From positions 37,398-101,397 of IMG/VR virus record IMGVR_UViG_2802428822_000002: 64,000 nt of DNA, one strand, 5' to 3'. This DNA is from a virus. Taxonomy: Duplodnaviria > Caudoviricetes. The position numbers were made by a program, and so were the translations under genes. The notes below the pieces were generated by a model. That model ran no database searches. It was not told the DNA's origin and saw only the letters and a list, made by a program, of their open reading frames with translations. This document shows, piece by piece, positions 26,659-35,939 of the stretch. The number at the start of each line of letters is the position of its first letter. Positions within the stretch are counted from its first letter, which is position 1.

Positions 26659-26915
26659 ATAAGAGTGGTGTAACTCCATCGTACATCACGTCCGAAGAGC
26701 GCAGCGAACTGCAAGACCTGCACGGGCTCTGCTGGAATACGGATGACAAGTTTGACGAGGAAGAGCCCGACTACGCGGAGATAATGGAGTATCACCGCAG
26801 GATCGCGCCAAGCCACTGGTATCTGCCTTTCCACGCTACTCTACAACACGAGCAATTCGCAACGGAGCTCGAAGCCTATCAAGCTGCCAGCCGTGTTGGC
26901 GGAAAGGTCAACTAA
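26655..26915 (+). CDS. Hypothetical protein
   Basis: Coupled ORF. Confidence 0.55.
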   Translation: MNKSGVTPSYITSEERSELQDLHGLCWNTDDKFDEEEPDYAEIMEYHRRIAPSHWYLPFHATLQHEQFATELEAYQAASRVGGKVN

Positions 26916-27934
26916 TGAGAAATCGCACCATCGTCCGCCTGAAATTTGGTAGCCACCTCTACGGTACAGCGACACCCGCATCCGATCTCGACTTCAAGAG
27001 CGTGTTCGTGCCGTCGGCGCGATCGATCCTGATGCAATCGGCGCCAAAGACGATCAGCCATTCCAGGCCCAAGGGCATCGGTGAGAAGAACTACGCCGGC
27101 GAAGTCGATGAGGAGCAGATCAGCATCCAGAAGTTCCTGCATCTCGCGGCGGAAGGCCAGACGATGGCCCTCGACATGCTATTTGCTCCTGATTACGCGA
27201 TCATCGGAGATCCGGCATGGGAGTGGCGAGAGATTATCGCGAACCGCCGCCGCCTACTGACTCGGAAGTCGGCTGCCTTCATCGGTTACGCGCGTCAGCA
27301 ATCCGCCAAATATGGTTTGAAGGGCTCAAGAGTGGCTGCCTCACGCGACGCGTTGTCAGTACTCAACACTGCAATGGAAGAGCACGGATCAACAGCAAAA
27401 TTGCAAGTTCTTTCCGACGACATCATCTTCATGTGCACGATGAGAGAGCATATGTCGGTGATGGAGGACGTCACTCCGCACGGCCAGACCGTCTTTCTAT
27501 GGGAAGTCTGTGATCGAAAGATGCCGTTCACTGCGTCGATCAAGAACGCCCGCGATATCATGCAGCGCGTCGTCGACGAGTACGGCCGGCGGGCGCTTAT
27601 GGCGGAGACACAACAGGGGATTGACTGGAAAGCCCTCTCGCATGCCGTGCGCGTCGGGGAGGAGGCCGTCGAGCTCCTGCAGACCGGGCACATCACGTTC
27701 CCTCTGCCCAACGCTACCCACATCGTCGATATAAAGCTTGGAAAATTGCTGTATCAGGATGTTGCCGCTGAGATTGAAGGCTTGCTCGAGCGGGTTGAAC
27801 AAGCCGCGACAGAGTCGACTCTGCCGGATGAACCCGATCATGGGTGGATCGCCGATTTTGTCGAATATGTTCATGAATCAGCGGTATTGGCGCGGGCACC
27901 GCGAGCCTATCCTGTTTCCGAGTTCAATGCCTGA
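26915..27934 (+). CDS. Pol-beta superfamily nucleotidyltransferase (RlaP / T4 NrdC.11-like)
   Basis: FGSHLYGT.TP.SDLDFKSVF, GYARQQ..KY, DWKALSHAVR. Confidence 0.88.
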   Translation: MRNRTIVRLKFGSHLYGTATPASDLDFKSVFVPSARSILMQSAPKTISHSRPKGIGEKNYAGEVDEEQISIQKFLHLAAEGQTMALDMLFAPDYAIIGDPAWEWREIIANRRRLLTRKSAAFIGYARQQSAKYGLKGSRVAASRDALSVLNTAMEEHGSTAKLQVLSDDIIFMCTMREHMSVMEDVTPHGQTVFLWEVCDRKMPFTASIKNARDIMQRVVDEYGRRALMAETQQGIDWKALSHAVRVGEEAVELLQTGHITFPLPNATHIVDIKLGKLLYQDVAAEIEGLLERVEQAATESTLPDEPDHGWIADFVEYVHESAVLARAPRAYPVSEFNA

Positions 27935-28314
27935 TGATCGTATTAGTCTGCGGTGGCCGCGAATTCGACGATCGCGATTTTCTCTTCTCGGTCCTCGATC
28001 GGGTGCATGCCAAATACGGCGACGATCTCGTCATCATCACCGGTGCGCAGCGAAAGCGGAAACCAGATGACAGTTATTGCGGCGCCGATTATCTCGCACA
28101 GGAATGGGCGATAGATCGTGAAGTTGAATACATGGGCTTTCCGGCTAGGTGGAAGAAACTTGGATCTCCAGCGGCCGGCGGTGAGCGTAATCGCCGGATG
28201 CGGGACAAAGCAAAGCCGGATGCCGCAGTGGCTTTCGAAGGCGGACGTGGCACGGAACTTATGTGCAATCTAATGCTGGAGATTGGTATCAAGCCGTGGC
28301 GGCCAAAACCTTGA
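27934..28314 (+). CDS. SLOG-family (DUF2493/YspA-like) protein
   Basis: VLVCGGREF...GAD..A..WA...A.W...AG..RN..M...VAF.GGRGT. Confidence 0.85.
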   Translation: MIVLVCGGREFDDRDFLFSVLDRVHAKYGDDLVIITGAQRKRKPDDSYCGADYLAQEWAIDREVEYMGFPARWKKLGSPAAGGERNRRMRDKAKPDAAVAFEGGRGTELMCNLMLEIGIKPWRPKP

Positions 28315-28330
28315 CAAATAGGAGATTGAG

Positions 28331-28525
28331 ATGATTGACATTGATATCAAACAGCGGGCCGCCAACGGTCCTAATTACAAACTGTTTAAGAAAAAGGTTC
28401 CCGCACTGCCTCGCGAAGGCGATCATATGTCTTCCGACATGGATGGCTTCAGCGGCTACGTTAAGCGCACCATGTTTTGGTGGAATGAGCAAGGAAAGCT
28501 GGTGATTGAAGTGGAGATCAAGTGA
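28331..28525 (+). CDS. Hypothetical protein
   Basis: SD AGGAG. Confidence 0.6.
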   Translation: MIDIDIKQRAANGPNYKLFKKKVPALPREGDHMSSDMDGFSGYVKRTMFWWNEQGKLVIEVEIK

Positions 28526-28526
28526 G

Positions 28527-29015
28527 ATGGAGCAACATGCTCTGAGATTCGCCACACGTGCTCACGGTAGCCAACTCAGAAAATATACTCTCGAGCCGTA
28601 TATCGTGCATCCGATCGCCGTAGCCGAGATCGTGCGTAGTGTGACGCATACGCCAGAGATGATTGTTGCTGCTCTGCTTCACGACATAATCGAAGACACG
28701 CCAGTCCAGTTGCTCGACATCAAGATTAAATTCGGCGCCAACGTTGCGCAACTTGTCGCATGGCTCACCGATATCTCGACGCCGTTCCATGGCAACCGTG
28801 CGGTCCGAAAGGAACTCGATCGTCAGCATCTCGCATTGGCGCCGGCTGAGGCGAAGACGATCAAACTTGCCGATCTGATCGACAATTCTGTATCGATCAA
28901 AGCGAGTGATCCCGACTTCTGGAAAGTTTTCCGCGCCGAAAAGATCAGACTGCTTGATGTGTTGAAGGAAGGCGACAAGACCTTATGGGATCGCGCCGCC
29001 TCTTTGGTAGAATAA
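28527..29015 (+). CDS. HD-domain small alarmone hydrolase ((p)ppGpp hydrolase, Mesh1/SpoT-HD-like)
   Basis: [36 protein letters not shown]. Confidence 0.9.
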   Translation: MEQHALRFATRAHGSQLRKYTLEPYIVHPIAVAEIVRSVTHTPEMIVAALLHDIIEDTPVQLLDIKIKFGANVAQLVAWLTDISTPFHGNRAVRKELDRQHLALAPAEAKTIKLADLIDNSVSIKASDPDFWKVFRAEKIRLLDVLKEGDKTLWDRAASLVE

Positions 29016-29336
29016 TCAGGACCGCGGCTTCTTGAGATATCGTCCCGGCTGGAATGATCCGTGCTCGTCGACCAGGACATTCCGGATGCGATCCGGTAAG
29101 CGACTGAGGCCGTTGAGCTCCTGGATTGCGTCCATCATCTTGTCGAATGCGGACTGCGCCAAAAGAAGATCTTTCTCGCGTTGCTTCTCCGCTTCAACGG
29201 CGGCGATCTTCTCTTTCGCCATCAGGAGCTCGGCGATCTTTCTATCAATCTCATTGACGGAAAGGTTCATCAGTTCCGGACGCAGCTTTTCGATGTCGGT
29301 GACTTCGACCTTCTTCTTATCTTCGAGGACAGCCAT
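29016..29336 (-). CDS. Coiled-coil hypothetical protein
   Basis: 106 aa, convergent with the HD gene. Confidence 0.65.
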   Translation of the reverse strand: MAVLEDKKKVEVTDIEKLRPELMNLSVNEIDRKIAELLMAKEKIAAVEAEKQREKDLLLAQSAFDKMMDAIQELNGLSRLPDRIRNVLVDEHGSFQPGRYLKKPRS

Positions 29337-29664
29337 TTTATTTCTTCCCTGTTGTCGATGGGGGATTGAAAACACCCCGGAAAGAATCAGTCAACAAGAA
29401 TCGGGCTTTTTCAGATCGGATGGTTATCGTGAAATTGAGGGAATGATCTGGGTGCTTGGCAAATATGAATGCTAAAAGCGTGCAGGGAGAATGTCGATGA
29501 AGGGCAAAAATCAGTTGGTTAATTAGAAGAAATTTTGAGGGGCATCAGTTGCGGCAATAATTCAAAGCCGGACTCAGATTACTGTCTACGCAATATCTAG
29601 TTAAGTAAAATTAATTGCACACAGCCTGTTGACGATTTCGAATTTTTCGACTCAGATTATGGAC

Positions 29665-29983
29665 GAATCTACTGGTTCCCAAGGGGACCGAATCAACAAA
29701 TTCCCCCATACATCGTGAGAGAAAGGGGCGACCGATGGGATCGGTGTTGATCACCCGATCGCTATGAAGTCGCCCCATGATTTCGGGCGGCCTGTATCGG
29801 CAGGCAACGGCTATCGAGGCGCGGTTACATGCGCCAGCGTCGCGAAGGCTTCGGCCAATGTGCTACGTCCCGACCGTGGACAGCAAGCCCGACTACGTGG
29901 AGCCCTCGTGGCGGTTAAGCCCTCGACCACGCGAAAGATGTGAGGGTGGCATGCCGGCAATGCCTCAGTAGGAACCGGCTATC
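29665..29983 (+). ncRNA. Structured non-coding leader or RNA(s) upstream of tRNA-Gly
   Basis: TTGACG at 29629; stems such as GGGGCGAC/GTCGCCCC; GGCTATCG occurs twice. Confidence 0.45.
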
Positions 29984-30057
29984 GCGGATGTAGCTTAATG
30001 GTAGAGCCACAGCCTTCCAAGCTGAGGACGTGAGTTCGATTCTCACTATCCGCTCCA
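29984..30057 (+). tRNA. tRNA-Gly (TCC)
   Basis: Full cloverleaf: GCGGATG/TATCCGC acceptor, CAGC-CTTCCAA-GCTG anticodon arm, GTGAG-TTCGATT-CTCAC T-arm, encoded CCA. Confidence 0.93.
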
Positions 30058-30103
30058 GTTTCCGCGTCCGGCGGTACACCCGGACCAACAAAGGAGAAAG
30101 CGC

Positions 30104-30328
30104 ATGAACGCACCCATCTGCACTGCGAAGTTCAAACTGATCAGCCGCGTTGAAAATCAGGCTGGATTTACCATGACATTCGAGCCTGTGACGTCCGGAA
30201 GCAAGGAGAACGATCAGTTCTTCAAGTACACGCCATGGGGAAAGTTGGAATTGGGGACGATAAACCCCGAAGCTGCGAATGGCTTCGTTGTTGGTGGCGA
30301 ATATCTGCTGCCATTCATTCCGGCTTGA
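30104..30328 (+). CDS. Hypothetical protein
   Basis: SD AAGGAG; EN..FFKYTP.G motif. Confidence 0.75.
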   Translation: MNAPICTAKFKLISRVENQAGFTMTFEPVTSGSKENDQFFKYTPWGKLELGTINPEAANGFVVGGEYLLPFIPA

Positions 30329-30368
30329 GCGGACAGACCGATTCATCAGTGAGTACCTGGAGATACGA

Positions 30369-30569
30369 ATGAGCTTTGGATCTGCAGGCCTTGGGAGCGT
30401 TGGATTTGGTGCGAAGGTTGGTGCAGCCCTAGCTAAGGGCGGCGGGGTGCCTGTTGGCTACACTCTCCTCTTTGCTCGAAACCCATCCACGGGAAATTAT
30501 GAACCCGTCATGGCTCGTAATTCGCTCACCGGGAACTACGAACTCGTCGTCACAAGGATGGCAGCATGA
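30369..30569 (+). CDS. Small Gly-rich protein
   Basis: SD GGAG; ATGA overlap with the next gene. Confidence 0.6.
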   Translation: MSFGSAGLGSVGFGAKVGAALAKGGGVPVGYTLLFARNPSTGNYEPVMARNSLTGNYELVVTRMAA

Positions 30570-31942
30570 CGCTCTATATTGAAAATGTTGTCCCGACGCG
30601 CGGCCGACGGCTTGGTGTCATCGGCACATCGCTTGTCCAGCAAAATGACCTTGGGGCGACTGGCTCGAGCAACAAGGCCTCACACTCCAGCCGCGGATGG
30701 TTGTCATGGGCTCGCTTCTACGGCCAAGGCCTCTTCGATTGCCCCATCTGGTACGACCCAGGGGTCTATGTCGGTTGGGAGCCATCCGGCGTTGCCGGAA
30801 CGTCCAGACTCTTCCAGGGTCTCAATGCCGGCGTGTCCGGCCAGACTATCTCAGAGATCGACGCGCGCAAGAGCTTCTTGGTGGAGAACGTCGACTGCGA
30901 CATCGTGCTGATCGACGCAGGCACTAACGACGCAGCCAGCCTTGCCAAGGAGGTTAACCAGGCGGGCCGTGAGGCGCTAGCGGACTACTACTTGTCCTAC
31001 GGCAAGATTGTCGTCCTGCTTCCCATCCTGGCGCGGACGACTGCCCCATGGCCTGGCGGCGGAACGACTCGAGCACGTGCCAACTGGATTAACGCCAAGT
31101 CCAGGGACTTCTGTCGCACGCGCCGGAACTGCTACCACTTCGATTGGAACGAACCGTGGGTGGATGCCGCCTCACAGTACGGAACCCCCATCGCCGGCTA
31201 CACGGCCGACGGCACCCATACCGTTCCCAAGGGCGGCGAGGCGATCGGCAAGGCCCTTGTCGAGTTCCTTAAGACCATCCTGCCAGCTGGATCAAAGCGC
31301 GTCAGCTCGCCAGACGACAAGTACAGCGCGGCCGACAATCCTAGGGGAAATCTCCTGGCCAACCCGTTCCTTACCGGCACGACGGGCACCAACGGTACCG
31401 GCTCATCGGGCACGGTGGCCGACGGAATGCGGGTGGAGCGGGCGCTCGGCGCGTCTACCGTCGTCGCTTCACTCGAGGCACGGCCAAACCGTGGCTTCTG
31501 GCAGGTCATGACGATCACCCCGTCCGGCGGGGCGGAGGACAAGATCTATTTCCGGACAAACTCGGCCGATACGCCCCACTCGTTCCCCAACACGGAATGG
31601 GTGCAGGCGTCTTGCGAACTGGAAACCAACGACTACGCCGGCTTTGTGGGCGCAACCCTCGCCCTCCTAGACATGAACGGCGGTACCGCGCTCCAGTATT
31701 CTTATGGCATGGAGGTCTACAACAACGGATCGGCCAACGAGAAGTGGGCGGCACAGGCTCGCTCAGGTCTGCTGCTCACGCCTCCGATGAAGATTGCCAC
31801 AGGTTCTACCGCCCTCCGCTGGCGGTTGGAAGTGACATTCGATGCGTCCGTCGCAGGCACACCGATAGTCAAGTGCGGCGCCGTCGAGCTGCGTCCGGTG
31901 CAAGACCCACGCACGCTACTGAACTGGTCGGCTCCGATTTAA
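30566..31942 (+). CDS. SGNH/GDSL esterase fused to a beta-sandwich (carbohydrate-binding-like) domain, probably virion-associated
   Basis: GTSL (block I), NAGVSGQT, AGTND and DGTH blocks. Confidence 0.8.
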   Translation: MTLYIENVVPTRGRRLGVIGTSLVQQNDLGATGSSNKASHSSRGWLSWARFYGQGLFDCPIWYDPGVYVGWEPSGVAGTSRLFQGLNAGVSGQTISEIDARKSFLVENVDCDIVLIDAGTNDAASLAKEVNQAGREALADYYLSYGKIVVLLPILARTTAPWPGGGTTRARANWINAKSRDFCRTRRNCYHFDWNEPWVDAASQYGTPIAGYTADGTHTVPKGGEAIGKALVEFLKTILPAGSKRVSSPDDKYSAADNPRGNLLANPFLTGTTGTNGTGSSGTVADGMRVERALGASTVVASLEARPNRGFWQVMTITPSGGAEDKIYFRTNSADTPHSFPNTEWVQASCELETNDYAGFVGATLALLDMNGGTALQYSYGMEVYNNGSANEKWAAQARSGLLLTPPMKIATGSTALRWRLEVTFDASVAGTPIVKCGAVELRPVQDPRTLLNWSAPI

Positions 31943-31994
31943 CGCCATATCCTGTGTCCTTGAGCTGCTTGTCGCGGTGCGATAAGCTCAAGAA

Positions 31995-32083
31995 GGCCGG
32001 CGCGTCATAACGTAAGCCAGTGGACGAGCTCTCGTGAAAACGAGGTGGCGTTGGTTCGAATCCAACCGGAAGACGCGCCGGTC
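31995..32083 (+). ncRNA. tRNA-like RNA with a 12-bp terminal stem
   Basis: GGCCGGCGCGTC/GACGCGCCGGTC stem, CTCG-TGAAAA-CGAG arm, GTTGG-TTCGAAT-CCAAC T-arm. Confidence 0.6.
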
Positions 32084-32860
32084 CTAAAAATAACCAAGCT
32101 CGTAGCCATATGAAAGCTGACGTAGTTGTTCATCGTCGATCTTGGTGACGGTGGGCCACTCTATGCTTTGCTCGAATGGCCAGATCTGCATCATATTTAA
32201 TGGAGACATCTTTTCGACAACCGTCGGTGCGTTATCGGCAGTAGAGCTTACGGTGAGAACTACGGCATTCATCATTCCGATGATCGTCTTCTGAGTATTA
32301 AACGAAGTTGGTGCTGTGCCGCCGATCGCATGAACCTTCATCCCACGGTGGAACATTCTCGTTCGCCACCCTTCGCCTTGGTAGCGCGCTAAAAATATCC
32401 GCCAGTTTGGTGGAGGTTCACGCTGTGCGGCAATGTGTCGATACTCCGCTGCGGTCATGCTGGCATATGATACGTCGTCTCGCTCAAATACACCCGTCTT
32501 TATGGCGGACCAGAGTGCAAGTCTTCGTTGTTCTGGCGCATCTAGCCCAAAAGGCGTCGCGTTTATTAATGCTGTCAGCATCGGCTTGCATGCAGACTCT
32601 GCGGAGCTCATCCAGCCGCTATTGCAGCCACGACACACCACTCTGAGCCGCTTGTTGAACACGTAGCCCTGCCTCTCATCGAACGGAGTGTCGATTGTGA
32701 CGGCATTCATAAACGAGATTTGTTGAACTCTGGTGCGAAGGTTTGTGTGAGCAGGATCCGCGTCAGTCTCCAAGAAAGGCCGCATCCACTTCGGCCAAAG
32801 ATGTTCTTTCGTGAGGCCGTGGCCGCCACAGAAAATGCACCTACCTTGCGCCTTAGCCAT
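32084..32860 (-). CDS. HNH-like Zn-binding protein (moron in opposite orientation)
   Basis: CIFC..TKEHLWP.W...VCRGCNSGWMS. Confidence 0.7.
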   Translation of the reverse strand: MAKAQGRCIFCGGHGLTKEHLWPKWMRPFLETDADPAHTNLRTRVQQISFMNAVTIDTPFDERQGYVFNKRLRVVCRGCNSGWMSSAESACKPMLTALINATPFGLDAPEQRRLALWSAIKTGVFERDDVSYASMTAAEYRHIAAQREPPPNWRIFLARYQGEGWRTRMFHRGMKVHAIGGTAPTSFNTQKTIIGMMNAVVLTVSSTADNAPTVVEKMSPLNMMQIWPFEQSIEWPTVTKIDDEQLRQLSYGYELGYF

Positions 32861-32994
32861 TCTGCGATCTCCGGTTGCCGTTTTAGGAGCATACCGTTAC
32901 CGCAGGAGTCAATGGCTTACTAATACCCCACACCGCCCCATAATCTTCTGGCGGGTACTCCGCTTTCAAAACTATCGTCAAATCAGGAGCCGTT

Positions 32995-33360
32995 ATGACA
33001 GACCAAACCAAGGTTTTGACTGAAGACCGCGGCGCGGTCGAACTTTCTAGTCTGACGGCCGCGCAGGGAACTAAGCTCTTCACAATCGGTGCGAGCTCGA
33101 TAACGGCAACGCGCGATTGGCAAGGTCAACTGGTAAGATTCACTGGAGAGTGTTCGGTCACTATTCCCGCGGATCTTCCGGATGATTTCTCGTGTGGCTG
33201 GAGCCAAGATGGTGCGGACCCGGTTACGTTTGTTGCTGGCGCCGGTGCGACGGTTCAATCCGTAGACGGAAACCTTGTTTCTGGCGGGCAGTATGCGATC
33301 GGCGGGATCGCTGGCATGGGTGCTGGTGTTGTCCGCCTGTACGGCCAACTCACCGCTTAA
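32995..33360 (+). CDS. Putative virion accessory protein
   Basis: SD AGGAG; beta-rich composition. Confidence 0.6.
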   Translation: MTDQTKVLTEDRGAVELSSLTAAQGTKLFTIGASSITATRDWQGQLVRFTGECSVTIPADLPDDFSCGWSQDGADPVTFVAGAGATVQSVDGNLVSGGQYAIGGIAGMGAGVVRLYGQLTA

Positions 33361-33364
33361 CACC

Positions 33365-33946
33365 GTGGAGAATATCGTTGTTATCGTCGCCGGCGGCCCA
33401 TCGGTTACCGTTAGTGACGTTCGAACGATCGGCATGGCACGAGCCGCCGGAAAATGCACCGTAATTGCAGTGAACGATGCGGTTTTTCCATGTTGGTTTG
33501 CCGATCATTTGCATGCATGTGATCGTCGCTGGTGGATAGAAAACTCTGGAGTGCCGGGTTTCCGCGGATTTAAGACCTCGCTTGAGACGGTCCCATTCCA
33601 TGACGTGAAAGTGCTGCGAAATACTGGAATCGATGGCTATGATCCGCAGCTCGGATGTCTGCGCAGCGGCTCAAACTCTGGCTATCAGGCTGTGCATCTT
33701 GCCGCTCATTTGGGAGCGAAGAAGATCATTCTTCTCGGGCTGGATTACAGCGACGACGGCGCTCGAATGCATTGGTTCGGGCACCATAGGCCCGGCATGG
33801 ATAAGCATTCCAATGTCGTCGAGTGGCGGCGACTTTTGCAGGATCTGACTGAAATACTGAACGGCATGGGGATTCAGATCCTGAATGCCGGCATCAAATC
33901 CACATTGACGTGGCTGCCGCGGATTGATCTCGGGCAGGAACTCTAA
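33365..33946 (+). CDS. Maf/DUF115-like (sialyltransferase-fold) glycosyltransferase-like protein
   Basis: IVAGGPS..IAVND..D..WW..NSGYQAVHLA.HLGAKKIILLGLD. Confidence 0.7.
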   Translation: MENIVVIVAGGPSVTVSDVRTIGMARAAGKCTVIAVNDAVFPCWFADHLHACDRRWWIENSGVPGFRGFKTSLETVPFHDVKVLRNTGIDGYDPQLGCLRSGSNSGYQAVHLAAHLGAKKIILLGLDYSDDGARMHWFGHHRPGMDKHSNVVEWRRLLQDLTEILNGMGIQILNAGIKSTLTWLPRIDLGQEL

Positions 33947-33957
33947 GGAGATTTCCA

Positions 33958-34314
33958 ATGGCAACTATCGCTCCCAAGGTACTCAGCATCGCCGGTGCAA
34001 TCGCTGCATTTGCCGCATCGGCTCCGGCAGGCGACGAAGTCACTTATGGTGGTGGCGATCTTCTGATCGAATTCCGCAACGGTCACAATGCTTCGATCAC
34101 GGTCAATATCGCACCGACGAAAACAACGGGTGTCGCACCTGGTGCCGGTCCGGTGGCAATCCCGACCCGCAGCCTTGCGATCGCGGCCGGCGCCGATGGA
34201 GCCTTCATTCTGAAGTCGAGCGAGATCAGCTCGTATGTCAACGCCAACGGACGCGTGCCGATCACCTACACCGGTGGCAACGTCGCAATGCTGGTACGAG
34301 CCATTCGCCTGTAA
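33958..34314 (+). CDS. Putative structural/decoration protein
   Basis: Strong SD; Ala/Gly/Thr-rich beta protein. Confidence 0.6.
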   Translation: MATIAPKVLSIAGAIAAFAASAPAGDEVTYGGGDLLIEFRNGHNASITVNIAPTKTTGVAPGAGPVAIPTRSLAIAAGADGAFILKSSEISSYVNANGRVPITYTGGNVAMLVRAIRL

Positions 34315-34330
34315 TTTTCCGAGGTCTATC

Positions 34331-34930
34331 TTGACGGAACTGAAAACCAGGTCGGGAAGACCTGCCTCTCAGCGTGCCGATGAACTGCTTCCATTCATTG
34401 ATTTGCTGAAAAGCCGAAAGGTTGCCTCCTACCTCGAGATAGGCGCCAGACACGGCGACACGTTCTACGAAGTGATGAAGTCACTGCCGAAAGGATCGCT
34501 AGGCATTGCCGTCGATCTTCCTGGCGGAGCGTGGGGAGTTTCCTCTAGCCGTAAAGCGCTCGACGAAGCCGTCTCCGACCTGAGGAACGATGGCTATCGA
34601 GCCATTGCGCACTACGGAGACTCAACGTCGGACGAGATTGTTGGATCTGTCGTTGAAACGGCGAGCTGGTATCTCGGTCAGAAGAAGTTCGGAGCGATCC
34701 TAATCGACGGAGATCATCGATATGATGGCGTATCCGCTGATTGGCGGACATGGGGCGGCATGTCGAGGATAGTCGGTTTCCACGACATCGCCGGTGAAGG
34801 CGTTCGGCAGAAAACCTCTGGGGATCTGGTCGAGGTTCCGCGTCTCTGGCGTGAGCTAAAAGACCAGTATGAGACGATCGAATTCGTCGGTCCAGAAAGC
34901 GCAATGGGAATTGGAGTTATTCTGAAGTGA
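34331..34930 (+). CDS. Class I SAM methyltransferase (Methyltransf_24-like, sugar O-MTase type)
   Basis: YLEIGARHG, GDS, ILIDGDHRY..V..D, FHDI. Confidence 0.85.
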   Translation: MTELKTRSGRPASQRADELLPFIDLLKSRKVASYLEIGARHGDTFYEVMKSLPKGSLGIAVDLPGGAWGVSSSRKALDEAVSDLRNDGYRAIAHYGDSTSDEIVGSVVETASWYLGQKKFGAILIDGDHRYDGVSADWRTWGGMSRIVGFHDIAGEGVRQKTSGDLVEVPRLWRELKDQYETIEFVGPESAMGIGVILK

Positions 34931-35727
34931 AAGCCGGCGTTTACCGGGTCGAAGGCCGGTCTCACTTCGATCATCTCACCGCCATGTCGCAAGGTCTTCA
35001 TGAACATGGCATCGCATTCGAATATTTCAGCTCCATTCCATCGCAGAACGTTGATTTTTGTGTGGTCTGGTCCTTTCGCGTTGCGCTTCGGGTGAAGCAA
35101 TACTTCTCCGGTCCGATCCTTGTCATGGAACGTGGCTATCTCGGCAATCGCTTCGAGTGGACGTCGCTTGGATGGGACGGCCTCAATGGTCGAGCTCGTT
35201 TCACGAGGAAAGATGACTCCTGTCGCTTCGAAAAGCACTTCGGTCATCTTCTGAAGCCTTGGAGGGAAACGAGTGGGTACGCCCTCATCGTTGGTCAGGT
35301 TGTCGGTGACTCGGCACTGATAGGGACGGACATTCACAAATGGTATCGCGACGTCGGCGTTGCTCTTTGGAAACAAGGATGGGACGTTAAGTTCCGTCAA
35401 CACCCGGTCGAAGCGGAGCGCGGAATAAAGACGCCGCATGTGCCGTTCGCGGAAACGCTGAACGGGTATCTCGACGATGCTCTTTCAGGAGCCGGGTTAG
35501 TAGTGTCCTTCAATTCGAATTCGGGAGTTGATGCCATCCTGGCCGGTGTTCCGGTTCATGCTCAAGACTCTGGATCAATGGTCTTCGATCTCGCCTCGCA
35601 TGATCTGCAGGTGACCAAACCGGACCGCGAAAAGCGGCTTCATGAGATGGCTTGGATGCAGTTCCAAATCGAAGAAATTAAATCCGGCGCTGCGTGGGAA
35701 ATCGCACGGGAGTCGATGCAAGCATGA
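34927..35727 (+). CDS. GT-B fold glycosyltransferase-like protein (capsule-biosynthesis type)
   Basis: MERGYL, GQV.GD, FRQHP, NSNSGVDAILAGVPV. Confidence 0.75.
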   Translation: MKAGVYRVEGRSHFDHLTAMSQGLHEHGIAFEYFSSIPSQNVDFCVVWSFRVALRVKQYFSGPILVMERGYLGNRFEWTSLGWDGLNGRARFTRKDDSCRFEKHFGHLLKPWRETSGYALIVGQVVGDSALIGTDIHKWYRDVGVALWKQGWDVKFRQHPVEAERGIKTPHVPFAETLNGYLDDALSGAGLVVSFNSNSGVDAILAGVPVHAQDSGSMVFDLASHDLQVTKPDREKRLHEMAWMQFQIEEIKSGAAWEIARESMQA

Positions 35728-35939
35728 CGCCATCCGGATATCGATCTCCGCTCCGCGGTCCGAACAGCGTCGACTACGATGCCATCAAGAAGAACGCATT
35801 CCATGACCAAAGCGTTCTTATTGTGAATATCAACGATACCAAGCTGCCGTGGCAGGATCGCGAGTTGCTGAAGGTTATCGGCGAGCGCTTGTACGGCAAG
35901 AAGCCGGCGAGGGCGCAAGATGGCCGGAAACAAGAATAG
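35724..35939 (+). CDS. Hypothetical protein
   Basis: ATGA overlap. Confidence 0.6.
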   Translation: MTPSGYRSPLRGPNSVDYDAIKKNAFHDQSVLIVNINDTKLPWQDRELLKVIGERLYGKKPARAQDGRKQE

